Positions 12,200 through 25,355 of a stretch of 64,000 nt of DNA are shown here, one piece after another. The notes under the pieces are model-generated. The model was not told the DNA's origin. It saw only the letters and a list, made by a program, of their open reading frames with translations, and ran no database searches. Numbering within the stretch: position 1 is the stretch's first letter; each line of letters starts with the position of its first letter. The stretch is from Chiloscyllium plagiosum (taxonomy: Eukaryota). The DNA is taken from positions 9,806,872-9,870,871 of the forward strand of contig NC_057718.1 of assembly GCF_004010195.1 (NCBI RefSeq). Reading direction: 5' to 3'. The position numbers and the translations under genes are program-made.

Positions 12200-14925
12200 T
12201 TGGCTACTACCTGTTCCAGGATATAGACGCTTCAGACAGGACAGGGAGGGAAGTAAAAGGGGGGTGGAGTTGCATTGCTGGTCAGGAATGATATCACAGC
12301 TGTGCTAAAGGAGGACACTATGGAGGGCTTGGGTAGTGAGGCATTATAGGTGGAGCTGAGAAATAAGAAGTGTGTAGTTACATTGTTGGGGCTGAATTAC
12401 AGACCTCCCAACAGTGAGTGTGAGGTAGAAGAACAAATAGATAACAGATTATGGAAAGATGTAGCAGCAATAAGGTAGTGGTGATGGGAGATTTCAATTT
12501 TCCCAACGTTGACTGGGATACACTTAGCACCAGAGGTCTGGATGGGATAGAATTTGTAAAAAGCGTCCAGGAGAGTTTTCTAGAACAGTGTGTCAATAGT
12601 CCGACCATGGAAGGGGCCATATTGGACCTGGGAAATGAGCCAGGACAGGTGGTAAGGTTGGGGTGGGGGACTTCTTTGGGAACAGTGACCACAATTCTGT
12701 AAGTTTTAGAATACTCATAGACAAAGATGAGAGTGGTCCTAAGGGAAGAATACTAAACTGGGCTAAGGCCAATTATATCAAAATTAGGCAGGAGCTGGGA
12801 AATGTGGATTGGACACAGCTATTTGAAGGGAAGTCCATATTTGAGATGTGGGAGGCTTTCTAGGTTAAAGATAGTGCAGGATAGGCATGTCCCATTGAAG
12901 GCAAAGGATATGAAGGGCAAGATTTGTGAACTGTGGATGACAGGAGAAATCTGTCAAGAGGAAAAGGGAAGCATACATAAGGCCTAGGCAGCTAAGAACA
13001 GAATGGGCCCTGGAGAAATATCGGAACACTCGGACCAGTTTTAAAAGAGGAATCAAGTGGGCTAAAAGGGGTCATGAAATAGCTTTAGCGAGCAGAATTA
13101 AGGAGAATCCCAAAGCATATTATTCTTGTATAAGAAGCAAGCAGGTAACTAGAGAAAGGATTGGTCCACTAAAGGATAATGAAGGAAGGCTGTGTGTCGA
13201 ACCTGAAAGAGTGGGTGAGATTCTGAATGATTACTTTGCATCTGTATTCACTGAGGAGGTGAACATGATGAATGTTGAGATTAGAGTTGGAAGTTTGATT
13301 AGTTTGGATCACGTTGACATAAGTAGGGAAGATGTGTTGGGTAGGCTAGAGGTTATTATGGTGGACAACAATCCCCAGGACCAGATGGGATCTATCCCAG
13401 GTTGCTGAGGGAGGAAAGAGAGGAAATAGCTGGGGCCCTGACGGATATCTTTGTGGCTTCCTTAAACACAAGTGAGGTGCCAGAGGACTGGAAGGTTGCT
13501 CACGTTGTCCCCCTGTACAAGAAGGGTAGTAGGGATATTCCAGGTAACTACAAACCAGTGAGCATGACGTCGGTGGTGGCAACATTGTTGAAGGTACTGA
13601 GGGATAGGATCTATTCATATTCAGAAAAGAATGGGCTTATCAGTGATAGGCAACATGGTTTTCTGCGATGGAGATCGTGCCTTACCAATTAATAGAGTTC
13701 TTTGAGGAAGTGACCAAGTTGATAGATGAAGGAAGATTGATGTCATATACATGTACTTTAGCAAGGCATTTGATAAGGTTTCCTATGGTAAACTAATAGA
13801 GAAAGTGAAGTCACATGGTATGCAGGGTGTTCCAGCTAGGTGGATAAAGAACTGGTTGAGCAACAGGAGACAGAGAGTAGTAGTTGAAGGGAGTTTCTTG
13901 AAATGGAGAAAGGTGACCAGTGGTGTACCACAGGGATCAGTGCTGGGGCCACTGTTGTTTGTGACATACATAAACGATCTGGAAGAGGGCACTGCTGGAA
14001 TAATCAGCAAGTTTGCAGATGACACGAAGATTGGTGGAGTAGCAGAAAGCATAAGGGACTGTCAAAGAATACAGGAGAATATAGATAGACTGGAGAGTTG
14101 GGCGGAAAAGTGGCAGCTGGAGTTCAATCCCGACAAATGTGAGATGATGCATTTAGGCAAGACTAATTCAAGAGTGAATTATACAAGGAACGGAAGAGCC
14201 CTGGGAAAAGTTGATGAGCAGAGAGATCTGGGAGTGCAGATCCATTGTACCCTGAAGGTTGCTGCACAGGTGGAGAGAGTGGTCACGAAGGCATATAGTA
14301 TGTTTGCCTTCATCGGATGGGTTATTGAGTATAAGAGCTGGCAAGACATGTACAGGACATTGGTTCTGCCGCATTTAGAATACTGTGTACAGTTCTGGGC
14401 GCCACATTACCAAAAGGATATGCACGCTTTGGAGAGGGTGAAGAGAAGGTTTAAGAGGATGTTGCCTGGTATGGAAGGTGCTAGCTATGAAGAGAGGTTG
14501 AGCAGGTTAGGTTTGTTTTCATTAGAAAAAAGGAGATTGAGAGGGGACCTGTTTGAGGTTTACAAAATCATGAAGGGTGTAGACAGGGTAGATAGAGATA
14601 AGCTTTTTTGCAGGGTGATGGATTCAGCAACGAGAGGTCATGCTTTCAAGGTGAGAGGTGAAAAGTTTAAGGGGGACACACGCGGCAAGTACTTCACACA
14701 GAGGATGGTGGGTGTCTGGAACACGTTGCCAACAGAGGTGGTAGAGGCAGGCACAGTAGATTCATTTAAGGTGCGTCTGGACAGATGCATGAGTAGGTGG
14801 GGAGCAGAGGGATACAGATGCTTAGAAATTGGGTGACAGGTTTAGACAGTAGATTTGGATCGGCTCAGGCTTGGAGGGCCGAAGGGCCTTTTCCTGGGCT
14901 GTAAATTTTCTTTGTTCTTTGTTCT
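12200..14925 (+). mobile_element. CR1 LINE, nearly complete but frameshifted ORF2 (APE + RT) with 3'UTR
   Basis: VMGDFNFP and NSDHN (APE); FSKAFDKV, GVPQGSVLGPLLF and FADDTK (RT, ORF 13751-14836); tail ttctttgttctttgttct. Confidence 0.96.
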
Positions 14926-16545
14926 AAATAGTAGAAAAGCTACACCTTGCAAATGAAGCCTTGCTGTCCACATTGAGCTGAGAGCATTATTTTATCTCTG
15001 TTGACATGAGGCAGAGGTCAACTCTGCTGATTTAAGTAGGTGTTAAAGATCCAGTTTTCAGATCTCCTGGACAACCATATCAGTGAAATGAAACTGTGTT
15101 TGTCCATGTTGCTAACCGTTGGATTTCAAGATATCTTAGTGTACACAGTGTTTTGAGATGTGATGAGGTTCCATATAAATCTGACTATTTCACTACAAAG
15201 GAAACATGGAACTTTACATCACCAAGTTAAAATTACTGTATTTCCGATCTACTTACTAACGTCTGGTCGTTACCAATAGTAGCACAGATCTGTTGTATTA
15301 GTAACGTAAAAAGCAACTTGCCTTCATCAGACAAATCCGACAGAAAAAATAGACCAAATCCATGACAATCAGCCCATGAGAGTGCTGGCACCTTGGGTAA
15401 ATTGCTTAATGCATTGCATATATATGACCAGTGTGGAGGCAATATATTTTACTAGTTTAGGAAATGATGTTTTGCAGTCAGCAATAACAAGAACAATTTG
15501 CTTGTCTGCAGCGTCTAGTTTTCTTTTTAGTTAAAAGTCACTCAAGTGCAATTTTCTAAATGGTTAAATTTCCTGCACAAATTGAAAATGTTATAAAGAG
15601 GTCCACATCCTGGGGGACGAGTGAGCTAATGTGGAGTATTCAGATTCTGAAAGATGAAAACTACTTTCGATCCAGCTACTTTGCCCAACAATTCAATGAG
15701 GTAAGACATTCTGCTAAGTCTGAGAAGTATAATGTCACTAAAGCAACTTGAATAGACAGGATATACTCTACAACTGTTAAGGACGTAAGTGAGGAAATAG
15801 GCGAAGCTGTGACAGGAACATTGAGTGACGAGTGCACAATAGAGAATGTTATCCAGACATGTGGGGCACGAAACTAAACAATAGTGAACCGTGAGCTTGA
15901 AAGTTATGGCCTACTGCGTATAGCAGAGAAAACACAAGAAAGTAAGATGTCAATCATGTCTGTACTAACGTCACAACAGACAGGAAGTAGTCAATATGGC
16001 CTCAGAAACATTAGGTTGTAATAATTTACAGATATATAGCATTTGCTTTTGGGAAGGTAATTGAACTATATGTGAGGGCTATCCAATGGACTTAAGCTAC
16101 TTGGAATTTGAGGAGGCATTCCACTATCTACCTTCCATAAAATGTAGAGCCAAAACTGCTGCCCATAACCAATTCAGTGGCTGTTCGGCCCACTGACTCT
16201 TGATAAGACCAATGGCAATGAAAATGAGAAAAGGTACCATAAGATGGAATCAAATCCATTTAAAATAATGCATTATTTTTGGGTTATTAATTTTGGATAT
16301 GGAGACTACATTGCATGTTATTTCGTGTAGATAGTGCCAGTGCCGATGGAAAGCATTCACAAAGTATGTTCACCATTAAAAACACTTCATGACAATGGTC
16401 CCTGTTGAACAACTGTTTAATTTTTCTTTATTGTTTTACTTCTTGTCCTCAATGCCAATGTTCAGTGATCTAGTGAGAAAACCAGGAGTTACAGCACCCT
16501 AAACTCAACACTGGGATCAGTGTGTCAGCAAAGAAACCAGGAAGT

Positions 16546-17222
16546 TATACAGTCATAGAGTCATGGAGACGTACAGCATGGAAACAGACCCTTCAGTCCA
16601 ACCCGTCCATGCCGACCAGATATCCCAACCCAATCTAGTCCCACCTGCCAGCACCCGGCCCATATCCCTCCAAATCCTTCCTATTCATATGCCCATCCAA
16701 ATGCCTCTTAAATGTTGCAATTGTACCAGCCTCCACCACTTCCTCTGGCAGCTCATTCCATACACGTATTATGCTCTGCGTGAAAAAGTTGCCCCTTAGG
16801 TCTCTTTTATGTCTTTCCCCTCTCACCCTAAACCTATGCCCTCTAGTTCTGGACTCCTCCACCCCAGGGAAAAGACTTTGTCTATTCCAACAGTGGCCTA
16901 ACCAATGTCCTGTACAGCTGCAACATGACCTCCCAACTCAATACTCTGACCAATAAAGGAAAGCATACCAAATGCCGCCTTTGCTATCCTATCTACCTGC
17001 GACTCCACTTTCAAGGAGCTATGAACCTACACTCCAAGGTCTCTTTGTTCAGCAATATTCCCTAGGACCTTACCATGAAGTGTATAAGTCCTGTTAAGAT
17101 TTGCTTTCCCAAAATGCAGCACCTCACATTTATCTGAATTAAACTCCATCTGCCACTTCTCAGCTTATTGGCCCATCTGGTCAAGATCCTGTTGTAAACT
17201 GAGGTAACCATCTTTGCTGTCC
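16546..17222 (-). mobile_element. CR1/HER1-like 3' fragment with internal deletion
   Basis: Tail (catagagt)n and SRTRGHRFRVRGE..WNELPEEVVEAG. Same subfamily as the copies at 36977, 56556 and 60191. Confidence 0.9.
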
Positions 17223-18826
17223 TATGGTACCTGAACATTATGCAGGGACAGATGAGAAGACTAATGTAACTCCTAGTTGAGTTGAATGTTGGGAGTAAAT
17301 GTCAGTGAGGAAACCAGAATTAACAGGAACTAGAATTAAGTATAAAGGTTCGGAATATTAGCAAGAAACTCAGGACTGGCAGCTTGAATGTAACACACAA
17401 CCACATTGTCACAGTCTCTATCTCTTAATACTTCCTTTGGCCTGGCTTCCATTTGTGCCTGACAGCAGCAACTTGGAATATTTTCCTATGTCACTATATA
17501 ATTCTGAGTTGGCACTGTCTCTGATTTTCTAAGATGGTAGCTGATATTCCTTATTTCCGGATCGGCAATCCATCTAAATGCCTGTCATTTTCTCAGACAG
17601 ATCTCTGTTCTGAGTTCAGCTTGCTCTTCTGACTAATTCTGATTCCTCTGTTGTGTTCAGTTTACTAGTATTCCTGGTTTTCTCACAGATCCCATGTTCA
17701 ATTTTGGTTGAAATCATTCCAGATTTCTTAATGAGGCTGATCCCTGGTGTTGAGAAATTAAGTTGCTTAGAAACATGTGAAGGCAAGAAGATCTCCCAGG
17801 TGTTAACAAGATACTTAATCAGTTCAACATCACAGTAGAATTCAGATCGCCATTCACAAAATAGATATAGCTGAGGAAGTCATATCTTAGTTCACCCATC
17901 CAAAAAGATTCTACGGTTCCATCATTTTAGAATCCAATTGTTTATGTTAATATTTTTGAGTCTTTGCCTCTTCCTGGGAGTGTATTCCCTATTTTAATCC
18001 CTACATTCTCCTTTCCACATTTCCCTCAATCCCACAAGTATGTGTATACTACCAGACTACACCTCTTATATCAATTTGTGGAGGATAACCTTTTCTTCAG
18101 TTGAACAATAGGAGGATTAAAGTCCCCAATTTTGGTTACTGTAATAAACTATATTTTCTTATCAGAGACACTATCTCCCTCTTAGTCACATACCCAGGTC
18201 AGACCTAACCTCTGATCAGCCCATAGCTTGTCCTATACATCACCAAGACTTTATATTTCCATGTCCATGAAGCTTACTGCTCCAATATGACTACTGCTAA
18301 ACAAAAAAGGTTAAGGTTAGGTGGAACTAAACATACACTTTTCTAGTCATCATTTTATTCTAAATTTCACTTCACAAATCTCCAATGGACTGATTATTTG
18401 TTCTATATCGGTTAGCACAGTTGGCTGGATGACTGGTTTGTGATGCAGTATGATACCAGCCACACTGTCTGAGGTTACCACGAAGGATTCTTCTTCTCAA
18501 CCTCTGCCCTTGCCTGAAGTGTGGTGACCTTTGGGTTAAACTACCATTGGTTGCCTACTTGATGATAACAACTCCCCAGAAACATGCCTTATAATTTTGA
18601 TTTTGGTTTGATTTGTTCAACTCAACAAGGCCCCATTGACAGCACCTTCTTGTGACCTCTAGCACCCAAAAGAACAAGAAAATTGCTGGGATCACGACTA
18701 TTTGCAAGTCTCCCTCCAAACATGCACTATTCTGGCTTGAGGTTATATTGCTGTTGCATCACAGTCAGTGGGTCAAATTCCTGGAATTCCCTCTTGAACA
18801 GCACTATTGGTGTATCTACACCCCAA

Positions 18827-19158
18827 GGACAGTGGCTTAGTGGTTAGCACTGCTGCCTCACAGCACCAGGGACCTAGGTTTGATTCCAGCCTTGAGTAAC
18901 TGTGTGTGGAATTTGCATATTCTCCCCATGTCTGGGTGCTCCGGTTTCCTCCCACAGTACAAAGACGTGCATGTTAGGTGGATTGTCCATGTTTAATTGC
19001 GCATCGTGTCCAGGGATGTATAGGCTAGGTGAATTAGCCATGCAAAATGTAGGGATACAAGGATAGGATGGGTCTGGGTGGGGTGCTTTTTGGAGGTTTG
19101 ATGTGGACTTGATGGGCTGATTGGCCTGCTTCCACACTGTAGGGGTTCTATGATTCTA
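18827..19158 (+). mobile_element. HE1-like V-SINE inserted in an older LINE fragment
   Basis: A box gtggcttagtgg, B box ggtttgattcc, V-domain, tail ttctatgattct. Confidence 0.85.
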
Positions 19159-19639
19159 AGGACTGCCACGATTCAAGAATTCAGCTCACTACCACCTTCT
19201 CCAGGGCTGTTAGGAATGGGCAATGAATGATGGTTCACCCACTGAAGCGCACATCCTATTGATGACTTTTTAAAAAATCTTTGGGCTTGGCTTTCATGTT
19301 CCACTTTCTTTAAATTCCAGTTTGTTGAAACTCAGTTACCTCACATTGCAATGTCCAACCTCATCTTGAATTGTCTACTCATCCATCACACTCATCCTCA
19401 TTTATATGCTTTGGTTTTCTGAAATCCTGTGCATTTAAACTTAGAATTCTTGTTTGTAAATGCTTAATTTCTCCGCAATTACCTCCACCTTTGAGTCACC
19501 TGTTTCATTCTTTGATCCTCCGACAAGGGATTAATGTGAGTCATTTCCTTTTATCCCAGTCTTTAGCCACATTGACCTTACTGTCAATAATCCTCTTCCC
19601 AAAACACTTCACCCCTCTTCATCTTTTTTTAAAATAAAT

Positions 19640-19970
19640 TTGGCAATGTGGCTCAATGATTAGAACTGCTGGCTCACTGCAGTTAGCTTCAGGTGATTGT
19701 GTGGAGTTTGCATGTTCTCCCCAGGTCTGTGTGGGTTTTCTCCAGGTGCTCCACTTTCCTCGCACCATCCAAAGATGTTAGATGTGTTAGCCATGCTAAA
19801 TTATCTGTAGTGCCCAGGGATGTACTGGGTAGGTAGATCAGCCATGGGGAGTGCAGGGTTACAAGGATAGTTTAGGGAGGTATGGCTGGATGTGATGCTC
19901 TTCAGAGGGTTGGTGTGGACTCAATGGGCCAAATGGCCTACTTCTGCACTATAGGGGTGCTATGATTCTA
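19640..19970 (+). mobile_element. HE1-like V-SINE (decayed)
   Basis: V-domain tgtggagtttgcatgttctcccc; tail ctatgattct. Confidence 0.8.
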
Positions 19971-20177
19971 ATGCTTCCCAAACAGCAACAATTGTTTGGT
20001 CATGTCTGCAAAGTCACATGGCATAGCAAAATATTTAGACTTCATTCTTTAGGCCTAGTTTGTCCCTTCCCAACCCAGGTGAAAGTTGCCTTCAGGGATC
20101 TTCTGTATTAGAATAACTATACAAATGCAGCATTTGCTGTTAATCTGGTTTTTCAAGTGACAGTCCAATCCTCATGA

Positions 20178-20306
20178 TGGAGTTCAGGTTGCTGCTGTTC
20201 CTGGTTTTCCTAGTATCCCTGTGCTTCACTGTGTTGGAGTTCAGGTTGCTGCTGTTCCTGGTTTTCCCAGTGGCCCTGTGCCTCACTTGTGTTCAGGTTC
20301 CTGGTT
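20178..20306. repeat. 57-bp tandem duplication (2 copies plus partial third) upstream of the exon
   Basis: tggagttcaggttgctgctgttcctggttttcc starts at 20178 and 20235; partial gttcaggttcctggtt at 20291. Confidence 0.85.
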
Positions 20307-20527
20307 CTGTGTGCTGTAGCTTTCTGTCCCTGGCAGTTCGATGAGTGGAGTTTTCTCTCCGTTTGTATGGGTTTTATTCCTGCCCTGACTCTCTGCAATA
20401 TTGAACCCAAAAATATGGCGGAGGACCCTGAGGAGAGAGTTCTGTTGGAAAGTTGGAGTTGCCCAATTCACCTTTAAAGACAAAACGAAATTAAATTAGC
20501 AACTTAAGGAAAGTTTGTTTTCGGAAG

Positions 20528-20927
20528 ATGCCGTTCTATAAGAGGATCGTGGCACCCCAGTTGGTGTCTAGGTTGAGCACTGAAGACTTTGGAAGAGTTT
20601 GGGAAGATGGTGAGGATGAGGAAGGGGTCGAGGAGGATGGGCACGGGCTGCAGAGGAGGAAGAGGAGGAGAAGGAGGAAGAAGAAGCTGGAGCAGGAGCC
20701 CCCCCAGCCCAGTGCTTTGCTCTTCGAGAGCCTGCAGAACGTGTCCAGCCACACACTCGCCTCGCTGCTCCGGCAGCTGGCCGACCTCAGCCGCCTGGCT
20801 ACCGGCATCTTCCAGGAGCTGGAGCTGGAGGCGAACTCGCTGTGTGTCCGCTGCAGTCATCTCCACAGCCGGCTACACAGCCTGCAACGCCGCACCCTCC
20901 GACTCGACGCCAAAAAAGTCGCCGTCC
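20528..20927 (+). CDS. NHSL1: First coding exon of an NHS-family actin regulator (N-terminal WAVE-homology domain), most similar to NHSL1
   Basis: ATG in gaagATGc context. Translation MPFYKRIVAPQ...LFESLQNVSSHTLASLLRQLADLSRLATGIFQELE...LHSRLHSLQRRTLRLDAKKVAV matches the NHS/NHSL exon-1 pattern (MPFxxR, LLxQLxDLSR, IFxELE, RLD). It ends at a consensus donor C|GTAAGT (20927|20928), phase 1, as expected before the P-VSNLD exon. The family call is firm. The paralogue call (NHSL1 vs NHS/NHSL2) rests on recall of the SLxxVSSHxL motif. Confidence 0.8.
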
Positions 20928-22653
20928 GTAAGTGTTGAAACAAAACTGCAACATCTGCTTCTCGCCGTGTGGCCCCTTTCCCTTGAATTTCCCGTGTGTG
21001 TGTGTGTATGCTTTTTTAACAAAGTTACATTCAGCTTTCTACATTCTTGGGCATTTCTAGCACGTTTATAATTTAGCATATTGCCCTTTTTACTGGCAGT
21101 TACTTTGCTGAAACATGTTTATTTAGCAGTAAACACGTTTAACTATAAACACGCGCGTCAGTAGAAGGCTGATCTTAGTTTTAAAATTCATCTCCGACTA
21201 TTTTCTTCGGACTGTGCGTTAGGATGGGGAGGGAGGAGGGTGTGACGCCTCTTGTTGTTTAAATTAAAACTGTTTGAGAAAAATGATACACTTGGATATT
21301 TATCATCAAACTCTCTTTTTGTGCTGAGAATTTGAAAAGTACACATTACATTTTTAATTTGGCTATTTGTTTTGGGAATGGCCTTGATGCAGTCTACATC
21401 CAGAGTAGACTTGCTCACTGTTTTTAAAACACATTTTTGTTGAGCAACAAAGCTGTAATTTAGAAATTGCGCTCTTTGGTTCCTCTGGTTGAAGCCTATG
21501 TTTATTGTACTAAATAATATATAATTTAAAATTTATTGTTATTTTTCCCACCCATATGTTGTGACACAAGAGTGATATTTGCGTCGTGTTTTTCTTTAAC
21601 CAGTTGTAAGTTTTTGGTTATTTTGTCTCTTTCTCAAGTACTCGGTGGAGTAAAAATGTTCCTGAATAGTTGCCGTCCGAACGCAGCATATAATTTTGTA
21701 TTGAACCATTGAAGTTAAATATCACGTTGTTTTAGTAAGTGTTATTGAACTGTGTAGCTAAACATCCAGGAGAAAGAAGCTGTCCCATGATCAGTCCAGA
21801 TCGGTTCCAGTTTAGGCTTCAGTGCATTGTTGGTTGTAGAGATGGTGCAGCACGGAAAGAGGCCATTCGGCCTTGGGACCATGACGACACTGTGTGTAGC
21901 GCAAGTGTATGCTTCCACCACCCTTGTAAAGTCACGCTGGAGCGAATCATCCAAAAGTTTCATTCTCGGCTGCGATTGTACATAAATCGATTTTGCGTGT
22001 GTGCTGCCTCGCCATGCCAAATAGCCTGTCACCATTCATTGAAGCTGCGCTTGGAATGCACCTTCCGAGGGTAACTGGTAGTTGGAGGGTATTTCAAGGA
22101 GACAAAAGCCGTCAGAATATAAGACGAATTAGCAGAAGAGAGCAACGAAGTAATTTTTCTTTTCACTTTTCTCCACACTTATTTGGAAGTTGTTTAATTT
22201 CTGTAAAATTTGATTTTATTATTTCTGTCCAAAAACCTTGATTAATCAAATATTGCGAACAGTACAGTATTATCTCTGGGACTGTAGTCAAAGGAGTATG
22301 GCAATTGAAAAAAAAACAGGCCATTTTGACTGATATTGTATGTACTCTGTACAATTGTGTATTTTGCTGTTTGACAATTGTAACTAACTTAAGATGCAGT
22401 TAATAATCTGTCACATCCACACTGTAGGGATTTTATTCTGTGATAAATGGCTTTGGCAATACAATGAGGAAAATCTCGCAAGAAAAATTACAGAAAGATG
22501 TATTGAGTGTTTGGGGCATGTGTTTGATGCTAGGTGGATTTGGGTGCTTGTGTTGAGTGTTAGGTGGAAAGTTGGGGGGGGGTGGTGCCTGTTTTTAGTA
22601 CTAGATGGAGGGGTTTGTGTTTGGTGCTAGACGGAGAGGAGACCACAGTAATC

Positions 22654-24183
22654 TTAAGATACAGGAGCAAAATTAGGCCATTTAGCCCATTTGTCTGTTT
22701 CAGTATTCAATAGTGGCTGATAGATGTCTCAACCCGATTCTCCTGCCTTCTCCTGTAACCCTTGATCCCCTTACTAATCAAGAGCCTATCCATCTCTGTC
22801 TGAAATGCAGTCGATGAGTTGACCTCCGCAGCCTTCTACGATTAATGAGTTCCACAGATTCAGTACCCTCTGGCTGAATAAATTCCCCTCATCTCGGAAT
22901 ACTGCGTCCAGTTCTGGTCGCCCTATTATAGGAAAGATGTGGATGCTTTGGAGAGGGTTCAGAGGAGGTTTACCAGGATGCTGCTTGGACTGGAGGGCTT
23001 ATCTTATGAAGAGAGGTTGACTGAGCTCGGACTTTTTTCATTGGAGAAAAGGAGGAGGAGAGCCTAATTGAGGAATACAAGATAATGAGAGGCATAGATA
23101 GAGTCGATAGCCAGAGACTATTTCCCAGGGCAGAAATGACTAACACGAGAGGTCATAGTTTTAAGCTGGTTGGAGGAAAGTATAGAGGGGATGTCAGAGG
23201 CGGGTTCTTTACACAGAGAGTTGTGAGAGCATGGAATGTGTTGCCAGCAGCAGTTGTGGAAGCAAGGTCATTGGGAACATTTAAGAGACTGCTGGACATG
23301 CATATGGTCACAGAAATTTGAGGGTGCATACATGAGGATCAGTGGTCGGCACAACATTGTGGGCTGAAGGGCCTGTTCTGTGCTGTACTGTTCTATGTTC
23401 TATATCTCTGTACTGAAGGACTATCTCTTCCCTCTGAGGTTGTTCCTTTGGTTCCTTGTGTCCTCTCAGTATTCTGCAAGTTTCAAAGATAAACCCCCGC
23501 CTTATTATTTTAAACTCCAACAAGTGCAGATCCAGATTCCTCAATCACTCCACATATGACAAGGCTTCATTCGGGATCATTCTTATAAATCCCCTCACGA
23601 CACTTACCAGCATGTCCTTAGATACGGGGCCCAAAACTGCTCTCAATATGGTTTTAAATTTCAAGTGCAGTCTGACCAGAGCCTTATAGAGCTTCCGTTT
23701 TTGTACTCAAGCCCTCGCAAAATGAATGCTAACATTGCATTTGTCTTCCTAACTGCCAACTGAATCTGAATGTTAACCTTAAGAAAATCCTGACCAAGGA
23801 CTCGCAAGTTCCTTCAAATTTCCAAAGCCTTTTCCATTTAGAAAATAGTCTAACATTGATTCTGCCTACCAAAGTGCATAATCTTACTTTGTCACATTGC
23901 TTTCCATCTGCCACTTCTTCACCCACTCCCCTCGACTGTCTACTATCTCTGCAGCCTCCCTGCTTCCTCAATGATACCTGTGCCTCCACTGACCATTGTG
24001 TCACCTGCAAATGTAGCAACAATGTCCACAGTTCCTTCATCCAAATTGTTAATGTATAGTGTGAATTGTTGTGGTCCCAACATTGACCCCTGGGGAACTC
24101 CACTAGTCACTGGCTGCTACCCTGAAACAGATCCCTTTATCCCCTCTCTGACTTCTGCCAGTCAGCCAATCCTCTGTCAATGC
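22654..24183 (-). mobile_element. Older CR1 fragment, interrupted by a younger CR1
   Basis: Reverse complement of gactagtggagttccccaggggtcaatgttgggacc (GVPQGSMLGP); 3' end near 22654. Confidence 0.8.
22896..23403 (+). mobile_element. Young 5'-truncated CR1
   Basis: [17 protein letters not shown]..; tail tgttctatgttctat; TSD atctc at 22891-22895 and 23404-23408. Confidence 0.9.
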
Positions 24184-25037
24184 CAGGGAAGTGTGACATT
24201 TGGCATTTGGTGGAGGAGAGTTACATCAGTTGGGAACTGGACACTGCAAGTCATGCCAGTTAGGTGCTGGATGTGTGTGTGGTGGTGGTGGTGGTTGTTG
24301 GGGGGGGGGGGGGGATGGTTGTTGGAGGAGGTGTAAAGAGCTGTAATGTTTTGCTAGGTATGTTTACATAGGAGAAAGCACTGTGAACACCTGCTACACA
24401 GCAACACACACCATGCAAATATTTGTGCGCTACAAGCAGGATTTGAGCCTGGATGAAGCATCAGGGCTCCCCTTTAAATTTTATTCATATTATTATATAA
24501 ATTAAATTAGAAATCCTACTTTGAAGCTACATTTCTCTTTGCATGATGTTATTCATTCAGAAGTCTTTGACTTAATGTCTGTTGGATCTATGTGGCATCA
24601 GAAAATTCACCTTCTGTTAAATTCAGTTTACCTGCAGTCTTCTCGACTTTAAGTGCCTGACTTGTGGATGTCTGCAAAGAGAGAGACTTAAGTGAAGAAA
24701 CTATAGAAATGGAATCTGTTCCCCATATAGTAGAGGAGAGGAGATTTAATAGACCTGTTCTAAATGCTGAGTGGTTTGATAATATAAATGAATGGAAAAT
24801 GGTTCCAAGGGCAGGATGGTTAGTGATCAGAAGCGATAGATTTTAGAAGCAAACACCAGAGGGGAAATGAGAGTTGTTTTTGTGTAGCATTGGTGGAGAA
24901 GCAGATTTAGTGACAAAAGTGAAACATTTGATAGCGACAGAGAAAATAATGGGAATAATTAGATAGCAACTGATTCCAATTAATAATTGGATTATTGGAT
25001 AATGAATAATTGATTTTAACATTCTATCAATGGAGGT

Positions 25038-25355
25038 TTAGATTAGATTACTTACAGTGTGGAAACAGGCCCTTCGGCCCAACAAGTCCACACTGACCCG
25101 CCGAAGCGCACCCACCCAGACCCATTCCCCTACATTTACCCCTGCACCTAACACTACAGGCAATTTAGCGTGGCCAATTCACCTGACCTGCACATTTTTG
25201 GAGTGTGGGAGGAAACCGGAGCACCCGGAGGAAACCCACGCAGACACAGGGAGAATGTGCAAACTCCACACAGTCGGTCGCCTGAGGCGGGAATTGAACC
25301 CGGGTCTCTGGCGCTGTGAGGCAGCAGTGCTAACCACTGTGCCACCGTGCCGCCC
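25038..25355 (-). mobile_element. Young HE1-like V-SINE
   Basis: Reverse complement gggcggcacggtggcacagtggttagc (A box), gggttcaattccc (B box), intact V-domain with CpGs retained. Confidence 0.93.

Larger units (their letters stand above)
20160..21250 (+). promoter_or_regulatory. Probable promoter/5'UTR and CpG-enriched first-exon region
   Basis: Repeat-free segment. CpG is dense at about 20720-20990 compared with CpG-depleted flanks. YY1-like AATATGGCGG at 20412-20421. Confidence 0.5.

Noticed and set aside
13751..14836. 361-aa RT ORF as an active or domesticated gene
   Set aside because: Part of a CR1 ORF2 with upstream stops and frameshifts, and a substitution in the DFSKAFD motif.
20928..20938. 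ORF track extends exon 1 to a stop (..VRKC*) as a 136-aa single-exon protein
   Set aside because: A consensus GTAAGT donor at the conserved phase-1 position indicates splicing; RKC* is intron read-through.
20504..21071. Several overlapping ORFs on both strands over exon 1
   Set aside because: Shadow frames of a GC-rich, low-complexity exon with no recognisable motifs.
25270..25355. tRNA gene-like A/B boxes
   Set aside because: Head of an HE1/V-SINE, continuous with the V-domain and LINE-like tail.
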